Below, one piece after another: positions 58,681 through 64,000 of a stretch of DNA of 64,000 nt. Source of the DNA: TPA_inf: Saccharomyces (taxonomy: Eukaryota); NCBI GenBank assembly GCA_000146045.2, contig BK006934.2:224001-288000 (forward strand). Direction: 5' to 3'. Each line of letters opens with the position of its first letter. Positions within the stretch are counted from its first letter, which is position 1. The translations under genes and the position numbers were made by a program. The notes under the pieces are model-generated. The model was not told the origin of the DNA and ran no database searches. It was given only the letters and a program-made list of their open reading frames with translations.

Positions 58681-59298
58681 TTATCTTCTACCTCCTCTGA
58701 AACCACCACGAGATCCGCCACGAGATCCTCCTCTAAATGATCCGCCACGAGATCCACCTCTGAAAGAACTGCCACCACGGCCTCCTCTGAAAGAACTACC
58801 ACCACGGCCTCCTCTGAAACCTCCTCTGCTACCACCGCGACCCATTGAAGCACCACCACGGCCACCTGGGGCACCACTTCTCTTCTTCTTGTTTTTTGGT
58901 TTTGGTGGGCCTACCACCTTAGGCTTAGGTAAAAATCTTTCAATAGGCAATAGTTTGTCAGCGGCAATGTAGAATTTATCACCTTCTTTAAAACTGGTTG
59001 CTTGGACACCGTCACCACACTTGATAGTGAAAAATACTTCGTTTAATGGACCCAATATTTCGTCAACTTTACCGACTTGAGTCTTGTTTTCCAAATATAT
59101 TGGCGCATTGAAATATGGAATCTTAGTGTTGATAGAACGGCAAACAATATCACCCTCACATGGATGTAGAAAAGCTCCCATTTCTAGAACAGTGTCTGGT
59201 GGTCCTTGTTGAAATGATCTAGCACTGCCTGTACGTCCACCACGAAAGCCGCCACGGAAGCCGCCACGGCCACCTCTATTACCTCCTCTGAAACTCAT
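58681..59298 (-). CDS. GAR1: H/ACA snoRNP protein with N- and C-terminal Gly/Arg-rich (GAR/RGG) domains, 205 aa
   Basis: [21 protein letters not shown] at the N-terminus and [19 protein letters not shown] at the C-terminus. The conserved Gar1 core lies between them. Confidence 0.9.
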   Translation of the reverse strand: MSFRGGNRGGRGGFRGGFRGGRTGSARSFQQGPPDTVLEMGAFLHPCEGDIVCRSINTKIPYFNAPIYLENKTQVGKVDEILGPLNEVFFTIKCGDGVQATSFKEGDKFYIAADKLLPIERFLPKPKVVGPPKPKNKKKRSGAPGGRGGASMGRGGSRGGFRGGRGGSSFRGGRGGSSFRGGSRGGSFRGGSRGGSRGGFRGGRR

Positions 59299-59416
59299 TA
59301 TTTTCTTTTGGTTAAAAATTATCCTCAGGTGATCTTTTGGTAGAAGAGAGCAATCAGATACTCTATCGAAAAGGTGCTCACGTTATAAGGCTAACAAATT
59401 AATTTTTTCTTCCTTT

Positions 59417-59490
59417 CCTCATCTCGAAAAATTTTTCACTACAAAAAATTCCGACGTCAAAGTTTGAAAAAAAGACCATCTGATCACGTG
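59417..59490. promoter_or_regulatory. GAR1 promoter with a PAC-like element, an RRPE and a CACGTG E-box
   Basis: cctcatctcg at 59417-59426. gaaaaattttt at 59426-59436. The palindrome gatCACGTGac has its core at 59485-59490. Confidence 0.45.
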
Positions 59491-59776
59491 ACACCTTTTT
59501 CCTGCTCATAAGTTTTAAAAACCGTATGACACATATGCTAATGAAATTAAAATATATAGTATATACCTGAATATGCAGGAATCATATCTTAGTTTGATTC
59601 ACAAGTATTTGAAAGTACATTCAAAAATGTCAATCGTATATGTCCTTGCTAGCTGATGTCTCGAAATTACTTCTCCTTTTCGAAAAGCACATTGTCAGAA
59701 TAGCAATCACCGTTTCTGGCTTATGGAATATTATTAGTGTAAATGAGGTCATTCAGTCTCAAAAAGGTATTTTTGT

Positions 59777-60625
59777 TCAGTTACGTTTTCTTTTCAGTTT
59801 GTTTTTTTCCATCTCAATTTTACATTCGGGACAGTACCATGTTCCTTTCGGAGGTTCTTTTAAATTTACACAATCATAATGAAACCATTCATATTTACAG
59901 TTGGGTCCATCACATGCAACCATTTCTCCAAACGAAACTCTTTGACAGAAGCAGTATAAAGTTTTGTCCTCTTCCTCGTTTTCAGGGGAACCGTTTTGGC
60001 CTTTACCATTTCTACTGTTTTTGAATTCTTTTGTTCTTGCAATCTTCTTTTCAATGCTTGGGCTCACTGGAGTAACAGACTTTTCTCTTGAAGAAACGTC
60101 AATTTCATTTTGCAGTTTAGATGTTCGACTAGTTTTTTTCTTTTTCAAAGTGGGTGGAACGGATCCTGAGCTTGATGCAGCTCTTCTCTTTTTCACGCTA
60201 CTGTTACTCACAACTGAACTTTCTCTAGAGGCTTCAGCAGCGCTATCCATGTCTCCATCTTCTTCCACGGGGGCTAGAACACCATCTTCCTCCAATAAAG
60301 CGATGTTTTTTTCCAACTTATTCAAGTGTCTAGCAATTAGAAACAAGGCAGTGTTCGCCAGAACGCATTTTTCTCTTTGCAAAGACTGACATTTCAAAAG
60401 TGATTCTTTTATTTCTTTGTCAAGCCCATCTTCCTGTGGATGTTTCGGTATTGAGCCTTGCTGTCTTATAAATTTGTGTATTTGTGATTCTTTTTGCTCG
60501 TATTTCTTTTTTTCTTCGATGAGCTTCAAATCATTTGAACCGATCTCCTCTAAGAGGTAACGAAATTCTGATGGGAGGTTGGACACATCTTGTATCGTTT
60601 GCTCTAAAACTAAACTTGGATCCAT
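59777..60625 (-). CDS. YNG2: NuA4 subunit of the ING family with a C-terminal PHD finger, 282 aa
   Basis: PHD finger CFCQRVSFGEMVACDGPNCKYEWFHYDCV...WYCPEC at the C-terminus. Confidence 0.85.
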   Translation of the reverse strand: MDPSLVLEQTIQDVSNLPSEFRYLLEEIGSNDLKLIEEKKKYEQKESQIHKFIRQQGSIPKHPQEDGLDKEIKESLLKCQSLQREKCVLANTALFLIARHLNKLEKNIALLEEDGVLAPVEEDGDMDSAAEASRESSVVSNSSVKKRRAASSSGSVPPTLKKKKTSRTSKLQNEIDVSSREKSVTPVSPSIEKKIARTKEFKNSRNGKGQNGSPENEEEDKTLYCFCQRVSFGEMVACDGPNCKYEWFHYDCVNLKEPPKGTWYCPECKIEMEKNKLKRKRN

Positions 60626-60838
60626 CTTCTATTGGTTATGTTGTCCAATATAAACTTGCATATCCTTCTTCTTTGTTTCTATTTCAACTAACGGTAGGTG
60701 GGTTATTCAAGAATCAATTAAAGGAAAATCGGAAAATATCACGTTGTACGTAACAATAAACTTTCTTCTATTTACATGTTTATAAATTGGTTAAACTTAA
60801 TCTAAATTAATCTAGCATTTGCTAGCTTATTCATATAA

Positions 60839-62770
60839 TTACATTCTATCAACCGGGACTAGTCCCAAAAGCGACATTGCATTGTGTAACACTTGTCTAC
60901 TTGCTGAATATACGGCGAGTCGCGGTATGGCAATATCTGCAGGTTTTCCGGAAACCCATATTTTTTTATAGCACGAGGAGACCTGATGGCAAACTTTGAA
61001 TAAATATGTTACAATCGTGGCCGGCTCTTGAGTTTCGAATGCTCGTCTAAGGACATCTGGATACTGCGCTAGCAACCTCACAAGCTCAACTAGTTGTGGT
61101 TCATTTAAATTTGAAAAATCTGCGTGTATTAGCATGTCCGTCGTAAAGTCGCTGGAGGTCCTTTCTAAAGATCTAAGTCTGGAATGTGTGTATTGTAAAT
61201 AGGGCCCTGTGTCACCTTCGAAAGACAACATTCTGTTCCAGTTGAATTCATAGTTATTGATACGCTTTGATTTCATATCTTGAATAATGATAGCAGATAC
61301 GCCAATTAAATCTGCAACACGCTGTGGATTATCTACCTGAGATATTTTCATTTTGTTATTTTCCATAATTTGCAGAGCTTTATCCCTTGCCTCGTCTAGT
61401 ATGGTATCTAAGAATACCACATTTCCTTTTCTGGTCGACATGCCCTGCACCATACCAAAATTTATATGCTGCAAGTCTTTTGCCCATTCAAAATTCATTT
61501 TTTTTAATATCATAAAAAACTGGGACATGTATAAATCTTGCTGTGAGGAAATCACGTACACCATTTTATCAAAATGTAGATTCTTTTTACGCTCTATGGC
61601 TGCCCCTACATCTCTTGTCAAGTACAAAGTTGTTCCGTCTGATTTTTGTACAACAACTCTGCCCAATCTTTTCGACCATTGGGTTAAATCGATGACAAGG
61701 GCACCGTCTATTTCTTTAACAAGATTGTTTTTGCGAAATATATCTAAGGCTTCATTCATAGATTCTTTAGACACTTGTGATTCACCGGAGAATATATCAA
61801 AATTAATGTTCAAACGTGAATAAGTTTGGATATAGTGGTGGATGGATAACGAGCGAAACCTATTCCATATCTTAATGGCATTCTCATCCCCATTTTCTAA
61901 GTTTTTGAAAAAACTACGGGCCTCACCGCTAATCCCACACTTAGAGTTTCCGTTTATCTCTTCCTTGGCAAGGTCCATGTTGATTTTAACGTAGACGTCG
62001 AATAAATGCTGAATTGGCTGCTTTTGTAACGTCTTTTCATCGCCGTATCTCTTAAAACCGACTGCTAACAAACCAAACTGTCTGCCCCAGTCTCCTAGGT
62101 AGTTCATACGTGTAACGGACCACCCCATTGCTTCATATAAGTTTGAAAGGAATCCACCTATTATAGTCGATCTTAAATGGCCTGCATGGAATGGTTTGGC
62201 AATATTTGGTGATGAAAATTCTACTACAACTTTTTTCTGATGACGAGATTTTTTCTGACCATATTTCCCCTTTTGAAGTAATATATTTGGTACCGTTGAT
62301 TGTATCAAATACCGCTGGTCCAGGAAGAACTGAAGAAATGGCCCTTTTGCACAAACCTTTCCAATACACCCATGCGTGCTTAGTTCAATGGCCCATCGGT
62401 TGGCAACGGCCACAGGGTCAGCCACTTTTATCTTTGGAAGAGGTAGCAGTAGATCACCTCTATCCATACTATTTGTCGACTCAAGCGCATTTAGTATTAG
62501 CGAGTGGTCTATTCCGGATATATCATGCAGTGCTTTTGAGATGTCTAGGCGTAGTACATCCAAAGGATAAATTGGGCCTTCGGGTTGGTCAGTATATTTT
62601 GTATTCAAGGTTTTTGAGCTGTATCTTTTCCGTCCAATATTAATTTCTAATTTACGAAATTGGTTGCTGAACTGGGTGTCGAACGAGGGCATGAAGCCAT
62701 AACGAGGGTAAGAAGAAAAGGGGTTCTTGCAGAGTAAACTGCGATTCTTCAGATAAACTATCCCGAACAT
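60839..62770 (-). CDS. MSR1: Mitochondrial arginyl-tRNA synthetase, 643 aa
   Basis: Class I aaRS HIGH-type motif (PNIAKPFHAGHLRS) and an ArgRS anticodon-binding C-terminus. Confidence 0.85.
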   Translation of the reverse strand: MFGIVYLKNRSLLCKNPFSSYPRYGFMPSFDTQFSNQFRKLEINIGRKRYSSKTLNTKYTDQPEGPIYPLDVLRLDISKALHDISGIDHSLILNALESTNSMDRGDLLLPLPKIKVADPVAVANRWAIELSTHGCIGKVCAKGPFLQFFLDQRYLIQSTVPNILLQKGKYGQKKSRHQKKVVVEFSSPNIAKPFHAGHLRSTIIGGFLSNLYEAMGWSVTRMNYLGDWGRQFGLLAVGFKRYGDEKTLQKQPIQHLFDVYVKINMDLAKEEINGNSKCGISGEARSFFKNLENGDENAIKIWNRFRSLSIHHYIQTYSRLNINFDIFSGESQVSKESMNEALDIFRKNNLVKEIDGALVIDLTQWSKRLGRVVVQKSDGTTLYLTRDVGAAIERKKNLHFDKMVYVISSQQDLYMSQFFMILKKMNFEWAKDLQHINFGMVQGMSTRKGNVVFLDTILDEARDKALQIMENNKMKISQVDNPQRVADLIGVSAIIIQDMKSKRINNYEFNWNRMLSFEGDTGPYLQYTHSRLRSLERTSSDFTTDMLIHADFSNLNEPQLVELVRLLAQYPDVLRRAFETQEPATIVTYLFKVCHQVSSCYKKIWVSGKPADIAIPRLAVYSASRQVLHNAMSLLGLVPVDRM

Positions 62771-63080
62771 ATTGACCCACTTTCAGGTAGGTCATTCAAA
62801 GCTTTTTGATTGACGGTAGATCAAAGTTGTGTTCTACGTATTTACGTCTTTTTTGTCGTATTTATTGATGACCTTTTGCCATCGTTAAGTGGAGAATTCG
62901 GCCTATTCCTAACCTCTTCCAGAACTATGAAACAAAAAACATAATTCAAAATTGTAGTTTGATAAAGTATTATCTATAAACTATTAAATCATAAATATAT
63001 ATTTCATAAAGCGTTAAAAATTGAAGATCAAATATTATTTTTATTCCTTGAAGGAAGTCTATATTATTTAATTAACTGAC

Positions 63081-64000
63081 CTACTTTTTTCCGAACATCT
63101 TCTTGTAAAATGGTTGATCATCATGCATTAGATCATCAGCGTTGTAGTCAGTACCTCTCTTGTTTGGTGGAACCCAAGAAGGTGATTTCCATGGCAAAAC
63201 ACCTTCTTCCCATAAGGTGTTAACTTCTTCTAAAGTCAAACCTTTAGTTTCTGGAACGAAGAAGAAGACGTAGAAGTAAGAAAAGACCAAACAGCCCATG
63301 AAAACATAACCGTAGTAGAAATCAATAGCACCTGAAATAAATGGAGTAAAGAAACCAATCAAGAAACCCCAGATCCAGTTACAAGCTTGAGCAATAGCCA
63401 TACACTTGGACTTAACTCTCAATGGGAAAGTTTCAGAGTTAACAACAAATGGAATTGGAGCCCAGGTAGTGGCAAAACAGAATAAGTAGAAACATGTGAA
63501 GACAATCATACAGTTACCAGCACCCTTAGAAGACCCGTTCTTCTTACCATTTGGCCACAATCTTGTAACACCAACAGAAGCGAAAACAACCATACAAGCT
63601 GTCATGGAAGCAGCACCCCATAATAAACATCTACGACGACCATATCTTTCGACTAAGAAAATACCAACAAAGGTGGAAGCAAAGTTGACAATACCCAAGA
63701 CAATAGAAGTTTCAAAAGAATCTTCCAAACCGACAGCAGTGAAAACGGTAGTACCGTAATAGAAGAAATAGTTATCACCTGTCAATTGTTGCAATGATTG
63801 AATCATAGCACCCATGATCAAACGTTGGAAAACCTTAGTCTTAGTGCTAAATATTTCACCCCAGGAGGCATTACCAGCTAATTTTTCAGCTTCAACTGTA
63901 GCTTGAACAACTTCGACTTCAGCCATAACAGCTGGATCGTCTGCGCTGACCTTATTTGAAAGAGCAATAGAACGCTTAGCTTCTTCAATTTTACCGACTT
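63081..64000 (-). CDS. HXT4: Hexose transporter (MFS sugar porter), C-terminal part only. The N-terminus lies beyond the window edge.
   Basis: Sugar-porter C-terminal helices and PETKG motif ([12 protein letters not shown]). The reading frame stays open to position 64000. Confidence 0.8.
   Translation of the reverse strand, partial: VGKIEEAKRSIALSNKVSADDPAVMAEVEVVQATVEAEKLAGNASWGEIFSTKTKVFQRLIMGAMIQSLQQLTGDNYFFYYGTTVFTAVGLEDSFETSIVLGIVNFASTFVGIFLVERYGRRRCLLWGAASMTACMVVFASVGVTRLWPNGKKNGSSKGAGNCMIVFTCFYLFCFATTWAPIPFVVNSETFPLRVKSKCMAIAQACNWIWGFLIGFFTPFISGAIDFYYGYVFMGCLVFSYFYVFFFVPETKGLTLEEVNTLWEEGVLPWKSPSWVPPNKRGTDYNADDLMHDDQPFYKKMFGKK

Overview
The window is collinear with Saccharomyces cerevisiae chromosome VIII right arm, from PAN5/YHR063C through the 3' part of HXT4/YHR092C, in reference orientation (W genes on +, C genes on -). 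I identified it by recognising the translated ORFs and the tRNA, not by any search. It holds 31 recognisable protein-coding genes, one intron-containing tRNA-Phe(GAA) gene with a decayed Ty delta-like solo LTR beside it, and three spliceosomal introns (PTC7, NMD2, SAE3) that the six-frame ORF track cannot show. Several ORF-track starts are upstream in-frame extensions. I trimmed them to the N-termini and protein lengths I recognise (SSZ1, RRP3, ERG7, NOP10, YHR078W, SAM35, STE12, NAM8, RTC3). Gene density is high, order and spacing are canonical, and I see no CRISPR arrays, operons or foreign insertions. I find no sequence support for a new or undescribed system here. The items worth a second look are mostly regulatory or structural. 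They are the in-frame retained intron of PTC7, the 6-nt first exon of NMD2, and the SAE3 intron with a near-consensus branch site. Others are PAC/RRPE motif pairs in ribosome-biogenesis promoters, a pheromone-response-element cluster upstream of STE12, and STRE repeats upstream of RTC3. Also noted are the uncharacterised GPHR/GPR89-like membrane protein YHR078W, a tandem domain duplication inside YHR080C, trinucleotide-repeat-encoded low-complexity tracts in NMD2, KSP1 and GAR1, and an unusually long gene-free PPE1-PTC7 interval. Coordinates are hand-counted and may be off by 1-2 nt. In the PTC7 intron region my reading of two rows disagreed with the ORF track by one nucleotide, so there I follow the ORF track.
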